64,000 bases of DNA from Eledone cirrhosa (GCA_964016885.1 OZ024742.1:252650001-252714000); one strand, 5' to 3'; positions 1-14,120 are shown, numbered from the stretch's first letter. Notes: a model not told the origin generated them from the sequence alone. Numbers and translations: made by a program.

Positions 1-231
1 AACACACAGTCCGCGCTGTAATGTGGCCGTGTAGGTAACACGGTAAAAACCTCCCAGTTCCACGCTGTAAATGTGGTTGGTGTTAGGAAGGGCATCCAGC
101 CGTAGAAAACCCGCCAGACAGTCCTATGCGAGCGAGACAACCACTCTTGCCTCAAGTGGGAAAACTCCCGTCCAAACCCATGCGAGCGTGGAATATGGAC
201 GTTAAACGAAGATGATGATGATGATGATGAT
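1..231 (+). mobile_element. 3' end (UTR + (GAT)n tail) of an RTE-like LINE
   Basis: Near-identical to the 3' UTRs at 15810-16040 and 41095-41328; ends GGACGTTAAAC followed by (GAT)n. Confidence 0.85.
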
Positions 232-916
232 TTGTTTTCTCTACTAGCAAGGGTTGAATGGGTTGTCACAAGCTGTGTCAATATGCAAACAGAGTTATTG
301 ACCTAAGAAGGTTGTCATATTTTTGACACAGCTGAAGAGTCCAGAAAATTGGTAGAATTGTTATGTTGTTGGATGTATTGCTTTGCAGTATTTGTTCCAT
401 CACTCTGCACTTAATTCAAATTCTGCTGAGGAAAACATTACCTTTCATCCTTTTGGGATATCAATAATAAAGTACCAGTCCAATACTAGGATTTATTTAT
501 CTCTGTGGAAGAAATCAGCTGTAGTCAAAGATAGAGAGTGTTGGGAGCTAGCAACCTGTGAAGTAATGTGTAAGTGTTTGTGTAATCCACAGACACCTTT
601 AACATCATTCCCAAGCCAAATCAGTTTGATACAATATATGTCCATCCAGTAGGTTTCCACACAGTTTCTATCTACTTAATTTTCATTCATCTGACCCAAA
701 GCTATAGTAAAGACACTTGTCCAAGATGTAAGTCTTGAGACTATGGTAAAGATATTTGCCCTAGATACCATGTACAATGAACTAACTCTGAACCTCATGA
801 TTGCACATTGGGTTTCTTAATCTTTCAACCAGCTGTCTCCACATGTATCTTTAAACATACAACATCAACATTAAAAGTTAAAAATTTATTTGTGGTTTCA
901 CTTTCCTTATTTGCAG

Positions 917-1096
917 GATATTTTTGTGACTCTGTCCCAACTGGATAGCAATCTCTATTTTATGTGTAACATTGATGACTTCAAATTTCTGGCTGACATG
1001 ATAGAACACGTCCCTCTATCTCTGAGGGTTCGTTATGTCTTTTGTTGTTCTCCAATTCCCAAAAAACAACCCTTTGTTTGCACGGGTTTTCTCAAG
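917..1096 (+). CDS. SUPV3L1: SUV3 mitochondrial RNA helicase, internal exon
   Basis: Acceptor ttgcAG at 915-916 and GT donor at 1097; 180 nt. Encodes [60 protein letters not shown], recognisably similar to the vertebrate SUV3 segment [25 protein letters not shown]. Confidence 0.93.
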
Positions 1097-2044
1097 GTTT
1101 GTCAACTTTTTTCATACTTCTTCAACTGAAAAATGAATAAAATTTTCTAATTTTCAGACAGGGGATAATTCTTTTGGATGGAATCAATTAAATTTTAGGG
1201 TTTAGGTTTTTTATCAACTTCATTACTACAATGTAAATAAATTAACTATTTCATTATTGTATTTCTAATTAAATATGTACCAGTCTTCATCTTCATCATT
1301 TAATATTTGCTGTCCCTGCTAAGAAGGGAAGGAGAGGTCATCAACAGACCAAGTTGGTACTGAAGCAGAGCTACTGATTCTTCAGATGGACTGGAAGTCT
1401 GCATTTGGCTTATATACATTCCTGCGCTCTACTGAGAGTTGAGACGGGCTGGTGGTCTGCAACTCCCTTACATATGATCTCATGCTATACTAAGTGCACT
1501 TTATCATGACACCAACAGTAGGGAAATTGTCATGTTTGTGACACAGCTGAACAGTCTTCTACTCATTGCTATTGGGACAGAGTTGGTTACCTGCAGGAGT
1601 GATCTCTGTGAGTTGGAATGACTGTTCCAGCATGTCTCCCTTGCCATCCTCTGAGGCAACATCTTCTCTATTCTGTCCCTAGGGATGACAAGGCAGATTA
1701 ATCCTTAAATATGAGTGAAGTTGTTTGTGTCTAGAAGGTCAAATGAGAATCCAAGTGTAGACTTGATAGCGAAATTTAGATTGAAATTTTTATATCTGTA
1801 CTAATGGACAGATTTTTGTGAAAATTTGCTGTAAACTTAAGTAAAAACTTTAATACTTAATGTATGCAGTCATGGTGCTGTTTTGTATATTTCAAGAATG
1901 TCTTGCTAATGTGGCTTCATATGGTACATGGCATTAAAGGTTAGCCCCTCCCCTACTCAGAAACTCATCCACCATCCAAATAGTTAACATTCTTTTCAAA
2001 ACCTACTTTATCAAGTTTAACTTATATTTCTATTTATTTCACAG

Positions 2045-2193
2045 TTTGCTCGTCGCTTTAGTTCTAATGAACCATTGACATTTGACTGGCTTTGTAAACA
2101 AATTGATTGGCCATTTAAGCCACCAAATCTTCTGTCTGACCTCGTACATCTTGAAGGAGTCTTTGATGTTCTTGATCTTTATCTGTGGCTTAG
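2045..2193 (+). CDS. SUPV3L1: SUV3 helicase, penultimate exon
   Basis: tttcacAG acceptor and GTGAGT donor; 149 nt, in phase with both neighbours. Encodes [49 protein letters not shown](S), the Suv3 C-terminal motif. Confidence 0.93.
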
Positions 2194-2339
2194 GTGAGTA
2201 TAATATATTTCTTTATCCCAAGAATGTCAATGTCATCACTCATATTATTCTCCTTCAGTATTCTGTCCACTACAAGAGATAGTCCTCTTCAGTATACTGT
2301 CCACTCCAGGACATATTCATCTTCAGTATAATGTCCAAA

Positions 2340-3625
2340 GGAGGTACTGAAAATCTGGAGAAAAGGAGGAATAGTGCTTCTACCCAAGAAGGGTGACCTG
2401 GGAGGTACAGCAAATTATAGAAAAATTACTTTGTCAGTAGTTGCTGCTAAAATCTACAACAGAATGCTATTAAACAGAATTAGACCACATCAAGACTCAG
2501 AATAAATCAAAATGGTTTCTGACGGAATAGATCAACTGTCTCACACATTTTGACTCTGCAGAGGCTTCTAGAAGGTGTCAGATCAAAGAAATTGAAAGCT
2601 GTACTAACTTTCATTGAATTTAAAATGGGTTTTGACTCCATCCACATAGGAAAGCTTATATCAGTCCTGGCTGCATATGGCATACCTAATTCCATAGTTT
2701 CTGCTATTAATGTACTCTACATAAACACGGAGACTCAAGTTCTCTCTCCTGATGGTGATACCAAGTTTTTTGATATCCTAGTGGGTGACACATTGGCACT
2801 ATATCTTTTCATAATCGCTTGGACTATGCTATGGGGGAAGCCAATATTAATGAACAAAATCTCGGTTTTACATTGACACAAAGGACAAGTAGCCGAAACC
2901 CATCAATTATTATGTGATACAGATTTTGCTGGTGACATAGCTCTTTTATTAAATACCATTGATCAAGGTCAAGAACCTCTTCATCAAGTGAATTCTCTGC
3001 TAGGAAAATGTGTCTATACATAAATATTACTAAGAGTACATGCCACTAAATCAAGATGGAAATCTTGTCACATTGGATGGTGGAATACTGAATCAAGTTA
3101 ATGATTTTCTATATTTGGGCAGCTGAATGAGTTCATCAAAAAAGAACATTGATATTAGAATTTCCAAAGTCTGGGCTGCAGTGAACAAAATAGAAAGGAT
3201 ATGGGAGTCAGATCTACCTAAAAAAAGAAAAATATTCTTCAGAACATCTGTTGAATCAGTCAGTGTTGTATAGATCAGATGAAACTAGATGGTGCATACT
3301 CTAAAATGTTTAAGGTTGTACAAACAACTGATATCAACATATTACAATTGAAAATTTATATGGAAACTTGCCCAAGACAACAAATAAAATTGCTCAAAGA
3401 TGGTTACAATTTTGCAGAACATTGCTGGAGAAGTTAGCAGGAAGTTATACACAAGTTACTATTGTTGGAACCAACTCAGGAAAAACAGTACAGGAAGATC
3501 TTCTTGAACCTTCATTGATCAACTCTCTGTCGATACAAACGTCAGTAGGGTGCAGTTGCTAGCAGCAATGGAAAATCGTGAATTGTGGACTGACTTTGTC
3601 ATGAATGTTTGACTGGTTGCAATGA
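2340..3625 (+). mobile_element. Degenerate 5'-truncated RTE-like LINE (RT) in the last SUV3 intron
   Basis: Interrupted RT remnants PKKGDL..NYRKITL, QNGF, LQRLLEGVRSKKLKAVLTFIEFKMGFDSIH; many stops and frameshifts. Similar to the LINE at 46100-49112. Confidence 0.8.
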
Positions 3626-3833
3626 TGATCTGTGTTATATAGTGTGTCTATATGTAAATATGTTATATTTTGTATCTATATCTATGTATATGTTATACTG
3701 TGTAGCTGTTTATATATAAGTGTGTGTGTGTTATATATATATATGTTATATTGTGTATCTATATATATGTTATACTTTGTATATGCAATAAAATAAAATA
3801 AATAATAATACATTTTTTATTTTCCAATTTCAG

Positions 3834-4314
3834 TTACCGTTTCCCAGACATGTTTCCTGATGTTGAACAAGTGCGATACATGCAACTCGAACTGGACTCC
3901 ATCATTCAGGCTGGTGTCCTAAACATCACCAACTTGTTGAAGTCCAGCAAGCAACACACGACTGGTGTGAACGTCATTGATGATGAGGACGACTTTGACA
4001 TGCACAATCGGCTGAAAAGATCCCTGAAGACAACTCATATATCACAGACAGATGTCGAAGATTTGGAATCTTATTCCTCTGATTCCTTGGATGAGCAAGA
4101 TAAAAGAATCACTAGTAGCAAAAAGACTCTTACAGATTCTTACAGAAATGCTAGAAACCTGCAGAGTGTGGGTAGACTGGAGCCAGGCCAGGGTAAACTT
4201 ACTTCATATTTGTTGAAAAAAGGTTTGTTGACACCCAAAGTCCTTCGCAAACTTCAAGAAGAATGGTCATTAGAAGTTGACTCTTATAAATATCATAAAA
4301 ATAAGAAAAAATGA
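3834..4314 (+). CDS. SUPV3L1: SUV3 helicase, terminal coding exon
   Basis: tttcAG acceptor at 3832-3833; AG|T completes Ser. Continues YRFPDMFPDVEQVRYMQLELDSIIQAGVLNITNLLK...LLKKGLLTPKVLRKLQEEW to TGA at 4312-4314. Confidence 0.92.
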
Positions 4315-4559
4315 TTACAATTTTAAAAAAAACAGAAAAAACAATTATAGAACAATAATAAAATCGATTTCTATTTTTAATTTATTTTCATTCCATTTGA
4401 AAAACATCTTTCTTTTTTGGAAGGCAAATAAATCTGGAGTGCCTTAATTATCTCCCCTTTTCAAGGGAGATAACACCTCTACTATTGCAATATTTGCGTT
4501 ACTTTTTCTAGCCCTACTTCTTTGCCAGTAAAATCTTTCCTTAGATGTTCTAACCACAC

Positions 4560-5270
4560 TCGAGGTGGTATCAAAAGGTTCCCAGACAAGTTATATTTAA
4601 AAATAAAACTGATATATTTACCTAAGTTTTAACATCATCGCCTTCGAAATAGTCACCTTATGCAGCGTTCCTGCCGCTTTTGGAATCTGGCCTGGAAGTC
4701 GTTTTCCATAAGTGACTTGAGGATCTTCTGCAATTCGCTCTGGATCTTGGCAATGGTGTTAAAACGACTAACTTTGAGCTGCATTTTCAGCTTGGAGAAA
4801 AGATAGAAGTCCGCAGGTACTAAATCTGGCGAATAGGGCGGGTGCGGAAGTGATACAATGTTGTTTTGGGCAAGAAACTCACGAGAGAGAAGAGCTCGGT
4901 GACAGGGTGCATTGAGCTACAACTTTTGAAGCACCCGTGCCACTCGAAACATTGCATATGACTCGGTGTCTCGTTGCCATAAGCTTGCCAAACCATACTC
5001 CATATCTCTGTAGCAGACTTCCCAAGTTGAATGCAAAATTCCATGTTGGCTCTTTGGTCCAACTTTCTTACCATGAAAAACCCACAGGCTAGAGCATACA
5101 TGTGATCACAAAAACACAAATTTCACAACTTGTGAAATCAACACAGTCATGTCACTCGGTACACTGGTGCATGAAGGTCACTGTTAGCTCTCGTGGTGTG
5201 TACAACTGTGTGTTGCTATCTGTTGGCACGCTACAGAACTAGTCTGGAAAGTTTTTGATAACACCTTGTA
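4560..5270 (-). mobile_element. Defective, internally deleted Tc1/mariner element
   Basis: Imperfect TIRs (cgaggtggtatcaaaaggttcccagac / gtctggaaagtttttgataacaccttg). Minus strand carries mariner HTH remnants (DQRANMEFCIQLGKSATE) and C-terminal PYSPDL and GDYFEGD remnants. Confidence 0.8.
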
Positions 5271-5650
5271 CCTGTACTATCAAAACTGTGATCTCGTGAT
5301 GTGAAGAAGTACCAGCTCCACCTGGAGTGACTCCCTTATCTCAGGATCACGTACTCTATCGAGTAACGTTACTTCAAAGACCTTACGGAGGAACTCAATT
5401 TCGGCTGCTTGTTTTCGTAATCATATTATTTCAGCTATTACCCAAGATTCATGACTGTAACTAAGGGGAGGTATGAACGCACAAAACAAATGTTAACCGT
5501 TGGTTCTATGATACAGAACTAATTGTTTTAAAAGGTTTACATTTTTTTTTAAATCTTCAATTATAATTTGGTGCAAAAACATTTGTTCTATTCCAAACAT
5601 CAGCTTAATAACGAGAAAGTTTTATAATGAAAATTTGATAATTTGCAAAA

Positions 5651-6755
5651 TATCATCATCATCGTTTAACGTCCATCTTCCATGCTTGCATGGGTTTGGA
5701 CGGGAGTTTTCCCACTTGAGGCAAGAGTGGTTGTCTTGCTCGCATAGGACTGTCTGGCGGGTTTTCTACGGCTGGATGCCCTTCCTAACACCAACCACGT
5801 TTACAGTGTGGACTGGGAGGTTTTTACCGTGTTACCTACACGGCCATATTACAGCGTGGACTGTGTGTTTTTTTGTCGTGACACCTACACGACCTCATTT
5901 GTTTCGGACTGGATGTTGTGGTACCAACAAAACTTTACATTGAAAGGGGTCGGGGTAGTGGGACGGGGGTGTATTTTGTTAGCGGTGCCTACTGACTGTA
6001 GTAGGTTTCACTTTGTACTTAGCTAAGGCGGGTCTTCTGTATTACTGTGTAGCGCCAAAAATCTCGGTCCAGTGACATTGTCTTGGAGAGGTGTAAGTGT
6101 GTGAGGTCGGAATTTATCAAGTCGTCCCAGGTTTTTCTGGGTCTGCCTACTCCGTAGCTACCATCTATTTTTATTGCCCTGCACTTTTTTATACAGCTGT
6201 CGTCTTTCATGCGCATCACGTGACCATACCAACGTAGTCTTCTCTCGAGTAAACAACATCTGATCCCTCTTATTTCTAATTTTTCCCTTAATTCGTTTAT
6301 GCTTTGCCGTTCACGTATATTACTATTACACATCCAGCGGGGCATGCAAGCTTCGTTCCTCTCCAGTCTGCGTATATCCTCTGCACACAATGCCCAGGTC
6401 TCAATGCCATATAACATTTCTGTTCGTATGCAGGCATCATACAGCCTGCCTTTCATTTTTAGAGAGAACCCTTTAGCAGCTAATAGTGGCATAAGCTCTC
6501 TGAACTTTTTCCATCCAGTTCTGACTCTAGCTACTGTACTTTCAGAGCACCCTGCCCCACTGCTGATTTTGTCACCCAAGTAATGGAAGGTGTGCACTAT
6601 TTCTATAGAACCATCTGTGCAATGGAATGAGCTAGTATTCTGTGGGCACTTGCTGCTACTTATTGCACCAGAGCACCGGCCACATATAAAATCTATATTC
6701 TTAGTTAGCTTACCTGTGATCCCACTACATCTTTTATGCACCCATACTTTGCATA
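5651..6755 (-). mobile_element. 5'-truncated RTE-like LINE (RT C-terminus + 3' UTR)
   Basis: ORF 6019-6762 has FHYLGDKI...ARVRTGWKKFREL...RLRWYGHVMRM...GRPRKTW; (ATC)n tail at 5651-5663. Confidence 0.9.
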
Positions 6756-6796
6756 ATTTCAATAAATATAAACTTTAGTAATCGGAACTATATATA

Positions 6797-6980
6797 ATAA
6801 TTGTTTCTACTTTTGGCACAAGGCCAGAAATTAACCCAGCGCATTACTGGTAGTTTATTTTATCGACTCGTAAGGATCGCAAAGTTAACCTCGGCGGGAT
6901 TTGAACTCAGAATGGCAAGGGCCGTAACTCTATGCGTCAAATGGTGTCCGACCCTCTACCGATACTGCCAATCCACGGAA
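6797..6980 (-). mobile_element. tRNA-derived SINE
   Basis: Reverse complement has A-box TGGCAGTATCGG, B-box GAGTTCAAATCC and the ATCC..GAGTCGATAAAATAAA central domain; same family as 43729-43914. Confidence 0.85.
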
Positions 6981-8644
6981 GGTTTCTAATTAGTTATACC
7001 AATATTAAACTTACTTTAAATCTTCTAATATATCTTTTCTTAAATAGCATGAATATTTACTATTTAATTTCTCTTTTTGTTTATTCAATATAATCTTCAT
7101 CTTCGAAAACGTATTTCTGCAAAATGTCATTAAAAATTATATATCATTAAGAAAATTATGAGTTAATAATCAGTGAGGTAGCCTGAAAACTAAACTGTAG
7201 TTTAGCCACAAGTAATTTAAAATATGACTTAAATCTAAGGAAGACAGGAGGAAATAATATTTTAGATCGATAAATGATATAAAGTGCTCTACTGGTGAAC
7301 AAGCTCGATGCTTTGATGGGAAACAACTCTTATCGTCAAGCAATATAATCTATAAAATAAAGGGAGATAATTACATTATTCAGAGTATTTTTTCCAGCAG
7401 ATCTGCTGTTCCTATTCGAGTTCACACCTTGCTACGGTCAATTTAATTTTCATCCTTTCGATAGTGATGAATAAGTTAACATTATAGGGCGGTCGACCGG
7501 TGGATTTTCTAGATTTTGGACGTAAACCTTATCCGGACTCTTTGTGTTCTGTGGCCTACTGAAATGGTATACTTAATTTTAGCCCAATATAACAACGAAG
7601 AAAAATAGTGGTTAATGTGTTCAGCACTAGATCCTAAGGTCGTGAGTTTGATTTCTGGCATCCAGTTGTATCCGTGAACAAATCACTTTATTTCATGTTT
7701 CTACAACAAGCAAACATGAGTTGTACCGATGATTAAAAGGACCAGCTTTTCACACATTACATCATGCTGAATCTCCCTGAGAACTACGTTAAAGGTACAT
7801 ATGTCTATGGAATGATCAGCTACGTTGATTTTACCAGCAGTCTGTTCCGTCGTTCAAACAGTTGGAACACTCATCATTAGAACTGAAGGAGGTTCAAAAC
7901 ACACACACACATTCGCACTGATACACAGACTGACACAGAGACACAGGCACACACACACACACACAGGCACAGATACACAGTCATAGATACACACACACCT
8001 GTTCTTTTACTGGATTCCTGCCATTAGACTGTGACAATGCTGAAGGTATTTTATCAATTATATCAATCCCAGTACTAACTTCTCCACATCTGGTGCTTAT
8101 TTTAACGATTTTAAACAAATATATATATATATATATATAAAACAAAATTTGTTTTCGCTCTTAACATGTGGATACCTAAATGTATTCATGAGTGAATAAT
8201 GATAATATTATTAATATTTGGTTTGTTTGCAAGCAAACAGCCTCATAAACACCATGTGTGTTTTCTAGAGGAACAACGTCATCATTTTGTTCCAGCAGTA
8301 GCTGAAAGAAAACAATCCACAATTACTTCAGAGTTTTTGCTCCTCATCGAGATTGTGTATTCTCATCTCTGATACCGTCTGGAACTGCTGAGAATACATA
8401 GTATTCTCAAATGTATACATTGGCTGATTAGCCTCATTTGCATACCTAACGATTTTATGGCTGGCTTTGCTGAAAATTAAAAAACAAAATTTGTTTTCGC
8501 TCTTAACATGGTGGATTCCTAAATGTATTCATGAGTGAATAATAATATTATAATAATATCGTTTTTGAATTTGTTTTGCGAGATTTCTTATCTGAAAACA
8601 GATATTGTTATACTTTGGGAGGGTCATGCTGCTAATAAAACCTA

Positions 8645-8687
8645 GTCACTGAGGAGGTCACAGAATGCGTGACGAAAGAGCTTTGAC
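8645..8687 (+). ncRNA. Minimal type I hammerhead ribozyme motif
   Basis: GTCA-CTGAGGA-g-GTCAC-agaatgc-GTGAC-GAAA-gagc-TT-TGAC: stem I GTCA/TGAC, intact core, 5-bp stem II. Confidence 0.75.
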
Positions 8688-8829
8688 AATATATAAACAA
8701 CCTTTCGGTTATTGAACAAACCAGCCAGCCAACTGGAAACTTATAATAAATTGAAGTGAAAACCAACAGGTTCATGTGTTTTTATTGCCTGCATGACCCC
8801 TCCCAAAGTATAACAATATAATAATATCA

Positions 8830-10070
8830 TAATCTTGGCTCCATCCTTGCACCCCAATAGTTGCCCTCCTCTCCCACATATCTGACACCAACCACACCCT
8901 CCGCTTCTCCGATCCTTCATTTTTCCACTTGGCCCTCACTCTCCTTTTCACCATTGACATCAAACCTCTCTACATGATTGTTCCAGATGCTGAAGGCCTA
9001 AGTGCCCTCCAACACATCCTCAACCTTCACCCTTCCCCTCAACCCTCCACCTCCACCCTCACCAGCCTTGCTGAGCTGGTCCTCATCCTCAACTACTTTT
9101 CCTTCTTGGATGAGTCCTACCAACAGATAACTGGCATGGAGATGGACATGGGCACCAGAATGGTCCCTATCTATGCCAACCTATTTGACATCTTTGTCTC
9201 CATTGACCCCTTCCCATCGTTCCCTCATCATCTCTACCTTCTTCAAACCCACCGACTCCCACTCTTACCATGATTTTACCTCATTCCACCCCACTCATAC
9301 CAAACACTCCATCCCCTACTCCCAATTTTTCTGTCTCTGCCACCTATGCTGTTGAACCCATGACTTTGAGGCTCAGGCCCATTACATGGCTAGATTCTTC
9401 CCTGGTCCATGCTGCCCTCACCAGTCCCTCACTCCACACCTCTGTCCTCCACCAACTGACTCCTATTCCCGCTTACCTACCTCACCTCCACCTTGCCTCT
9501 CCTGAGAAAAGTCGTCAGGCTCTTTCTCTACCTTTAGTTAGACCTGCTTCATCTCCACCATCATCCCCCTCCCAACACTCCTCTCCTTCAAGCATGCTCG
9601 TAACCTCCAAAATCTCCTTGTCTGCAGTTCCTTTCTTCTTCAAACTCCTTTCCTGGATCCCACTTTTGCTCCCGACTTCATGCCACATATGTAATTTCGT
9701 CACCACCATCACCACCCTCTGTGGACCCAATGGCCAATCTTTCCAATCCAGGGACTCCTTCCATTGCCTCTCCTCCAGCCTTGTCTATGGGGTCTGTTGT
9801 ATGTTATGCAAGGCTGTCTACATTGGACAAACCAGTCGTTGATTAGTGGACATGTTCGCCAAACATCTCTGGGACATTCAGCTAGGCACCCAGTCTCCAG
9901 TCACCAGGTATCTCCACTCTTCTGGACACTTCACCCACCACCTCACTGCTTTCAACCTCGTTGCTTGCTCTGCAGCCTCTGACACACACCTGAGAACAGA
10001 GCAGCAGATTATTTTCTCTCTCCAGACCTAAAGCGGAAACAACCTTAACTCACCACCCCTCTTCCTTTAG
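8830..10070 (+). mobile_element. Degenerate Penelope-like element (RT + GIY-YIG, Neptune-like)
   Basis: Remnants LLFTIDIKPLY, YQQITG..MGTRMVPIYANLF, FKPTDSHSY..F.SFHP.HTKHSIPYSQF, CHIC, LVYGVCCMLCKAVYIGQTSR. A CA-rich 3' region continues to about 12360. Confidence 0.85.
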
Positions 10071-10539
10071 CCTTTCTCATGAATCCCCACACCCATTCTT
10101 ACACCAACACATGCACACTACTACATCAACACACCCATAAACACCAACACAACTAATTAATCAACTACACCTATATGATCTCGATACATAATTAATCCCA
10201 TTAATGGTACTAAGTAATTAACAGACCATTCTCATACCAACAACTAACCACTACTAATTAACTAACTCTTCTTACTATATTCACACCATGCTCCTTTACC
10301 ACAAATACACACACATATACACACACAGCTCCAATCCTATACCACCATTGTGCACCACACCCAGTCACCTCCTACCCCCTGACCTCTTCCTCATGTGGCA
10401 ACTTCCTAAAATTGCCCAGCTCTAACCACCCATATATGACAGACCAGAACATTTATGTAACACTAGTCACAATCACACCAATAGAAACAAAAACTCACCA
10501 ATATTTACTCACATGCATATGTATATACAAATGTATATA

Positions 10540-11426
10540 AGAGGTAGTGTCAGAAAAGTTCCAGGACTTATGTCACAAAAGATTTATTTCAAACCCAAAC
10601 TTCACACTAAGACTTTTCTCCTTCAAAGTAATCCCCCTGGAGTATGTAACTGTAATCTTAGCTCTCTGCAGCGATCAAACTTTTTTCTTCATAATTTTAT
10701 ATACATGTCCTCTGTTTCAGGTCGTCAAGCAATGAGCACAGAGCAACGAACAAACTTGAAGTTTCTGGTACAGTTGGGGAAATCTCCGTCAGAGATGAGA
10801 CGATGTCACGCTCACGTGTTTTTGAGTGGTGCAAGAGGTTTAAAGAAGGATGCGAGAACGTGGAAGATGACCCCAGGAGCGGAAGGCCCTCAACAACCAG
10901 GACTGAGGTCAACGTTGAGCGCGTCAGGCAGATAGTGCGTAGCGATCGTCGGCTGACTGTTCGACTGGTGGCAAATGAGCTGGGCATGAATCGGGACAGC
11001 ATCTGGAAGATTCTCACTAAAGATTTGGACATGCGGAATGTCTGCGCGAAGATGGTGCCAAAACTGCTGAACGATGACCAGAAGGGTCGACGCTTGCAAG
11101 TGTGCCAGGACATCCTCGAGCATCTTGAAACCGAACCAGACTTGCTAGGGACAGTCATCACCGGTGATGAGTCATGGATCTTCGAGTACAACCTAGAGGG
11201 GACCGGTTTTGAAGATGTGGACGACATCAAAAAGGCTATGACGACGGAACTGCGGAGGATCCCGGAAGAATCCTTCCAGGAGTGCATGCAAGCGTGGCAG
11301 AAAAGGATGGAAAAGTGCATTAGACTCCAGGGGGATTACTTTGAAGGAGAAAACTCTGAGTGTGAAGTTTGGCTTTGAAATAAATCTTTTGTGACATCAG
11401 TCCTGGAACTTTTCTGATACACCTCG
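10540..11426 (+). mobile_element. Mariner element with internally deleted transposase
   Basis: About 100-bp TIRs flanked by TA. ORF 10803-11378 has SRSRVFEWCKRF, DDPRSGRP, CAKMVPK and ITGDESWIFEY, then jumps to the C-terminal GDYFEG, so most of the catalytic domain is missing. Confidence 0.9.
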
Positions 11427-13701
11427 TATATATATATGTGCATGTATATGCTAGTGTATATAGGTGTGCCTGTTGAATCCATAGAAACATACATGTACAT
11501 AGAGAAAACAACATAAATGATATTCAACACACACATGCACATGCACACGTGCTCATACACAGATACACACACATATACCCATACATAAACATACATACGT
11601 ACACATGTAAGTGTATACACATGCACACAAAAAAGCAAAAAATATTCACAGACACACACACATGTGTACACACACAAATACAAATACACACACTTGCACA
11701 CACAAATACAAAAAAGCAACAGGCACACACACGTGTATATACATACACATACTCAAATATAAACATACACACTCTCACTCATATAAAAACATACACATAT
11801 AGGCACGTTCACATTCATGCACACATAAATGTGTACACACAAACACTACAAAAGCTCATAGACACAGACTCAAACATAAACATGTAGAAACACACACACA
11901 CATACATAAACATACACACACATACACACACACCACACACTCATAAAAAAACATATATGCTTGTGCATGCACAAAAAAAAAAACTGTAAAAATTTCACAG
12001 ACACATGTGGACACACGCATGCACACTTCTATCAATGATACATCGAACACACACAGTGACAGAAACAGTAATGCACACCCATGAAATGCACTCCATCCAC
12101 ACACACATAACAACACCCATGACACACCTGGACACTCTACTCACTCCTGAATGCCAGACTACTCCTCTACCACCCCCAGCCTTCTTAAAACTCATTTTTT
12201 TAAAAAAAACCCTGATGTTCCAAACTTTTCTCTCTCTGTACACTCCATTTCCTCTAGAAGAACTTATGTTCGAAATGTCAAACTCTCTTCTACTTCTTCA
12301 GTAAGCGTGATACTAACAAAAACTGTGTTTTTGCATCTCTGTGTTTGTCTTGTAATTTCTTGAACTATATATATATATAATCATTTCACATCCATTTTCC
12401 CTGCTAGCAAGCATTGGATATATATATATATATTTAAAAAATGGAAAAGAATGATTTCACTTTTAGTTCTAAACAATTTAATTTAATTTTATAGCATTAT
12501 AATTTTACAATTTGGTTTTGTAGACCTAATAAGTTCTTTGTTAACTTTGGTGGGGAGATTTTTAAAGATTCCTGGTCAACTTTCCTGGAGAACTTTCTCG
12601 CATTCGTCAGTGGTGACTGGCAAACTGATCTCAGGTTGTGTTGTGATGTGTGACTCTATATATAAGAGATTTGTGCTGGTGCCATGACAAAAGTGCTCAC
12701 TCAATCCTATAAAGGGGTCGTTTTGGTGATATGACAATAAACCACTTAGTCCACCCTATTAGTTGTTCATTTTGGTACCACGATAAAAAGCAAAAGCACC
12801 TAGCCCACATTGTAATGTGGTTGGTGTTAGGAAGGCCTTCTCACTGTAGAAACAAAGCCAAAATACAGATCTGTATGAGCAAAACATAATCATCTGACCT
12901 GACTTGTCTCATAATTTGACAACCTGTCTAACCCATGCAAGTGTAGAGAATAGATGTTAAATGTGGTTGATGATGATGATGTATCATTATCATCATCATT
13001 ATTACCATCTAGCTTCTATTTTCCATGCAGTGGTTAGATGATGGTTTCTATGGTTAGATGCACTTCTTGAAACCAACCACATTACAGCATGGACTGGGTA
13101 ACTTTTGTTGGAGTAACCAACATGACCACCTTACTGTGTGAACTGGATGTCATTTTGGCATGTCACCAGCCCGACCACCATTACAGGGTAGACTGGGAGT
13201 TCTAATGTCATTTAACCTGTATGACCACCTTACATGGTGGACCAGAGGCTTTTGTTGTGTCACCAGCATGACCACGTTACCAGGTGGACTAAGTGCTTAT
13301 TGTCATTGCTGCAGTATTGTAGGAGAACATGTTCAACTTTCCATGCTTGTATGTATGGGTTGGACAGGAGAGGTGTATCAGTAAATGTGAAAGGTGGGGG
13401 TTGGGGAGGGTGTGGTGTGTGCCTGTATGATTGGGATTGGAGAGATAGGTCTATGATGGGGTAATAAGTTGGTGAAGGGGTGAGGGAGGAGTGTTAGGGC
13501 ATGGGAGGTGTATGGAAAGTGGATAGGAAAAGATTTGGTGCAGACTAGTGTCCACAAGATGTTTGCTTCACCTTATGCACCCAGTACTGCATATCGCTAG
13601 AGAGCTTGGTCCTGTGTCATCCCTTTTGAGAGGTTTAATTATGCAAGGTCAGCTTTTATCACTTCATCCCATACTTTCTTAGGTCTTCCTCTTACACACA
13701 T

Positions 13702-14100
13702 ATCATCATCATCGTTTAACGTCTATCTTCCATGCTAGCATGGGTTTTGATGGGAATTGTCCCACTTGAGGCAAGATTGGTCGTCTTGCTTGTATAGGAC
13801 TGTCTGGCAGGTTTTCTACAGCTGGATGCCCTTCCTAACACAAACCATTTTTACAGTGTGGACTGGGAGGTTTTTACCGTGTTACATACACGGCCACATT
13901 ACAGCGTGGACTGTGTGTTTTTTTGTCGTGACAGCTACACGACCTCATTTATTTAGGACTGGATGTTGTGGTACCAACATAACTTTACAGAGAAAGGGTG
14001 GTGTTGATGCGGGTGGGGGTGGGGGAGTTGGGGTAGTGGCATGGGGGTGTATATTTGATTAAGAGGTGCCTACTGACTGTAGGTTTCGCTTTGTACTTAG
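13702..14100 (-). mobile_element. RTE-like LINE 3' UTR fragment
   Basis: Matches 5651-6020, including the (ATC)n tail. Confidence 0.85.
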
Positions 14101-14120
14101 TATATATATATATATATATA

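Noticed and set aside
890-1129. 79-aa stand-alone ORF
   Set aside because: Only 917-1096 is coding; it is a spliced SUPV3L1 exon.
12571-12613. Minus-strand CTGACGA...GAAA motif
   Set aside because: No NUH triplet and a poor stem I; at most a decayed hammerhead.
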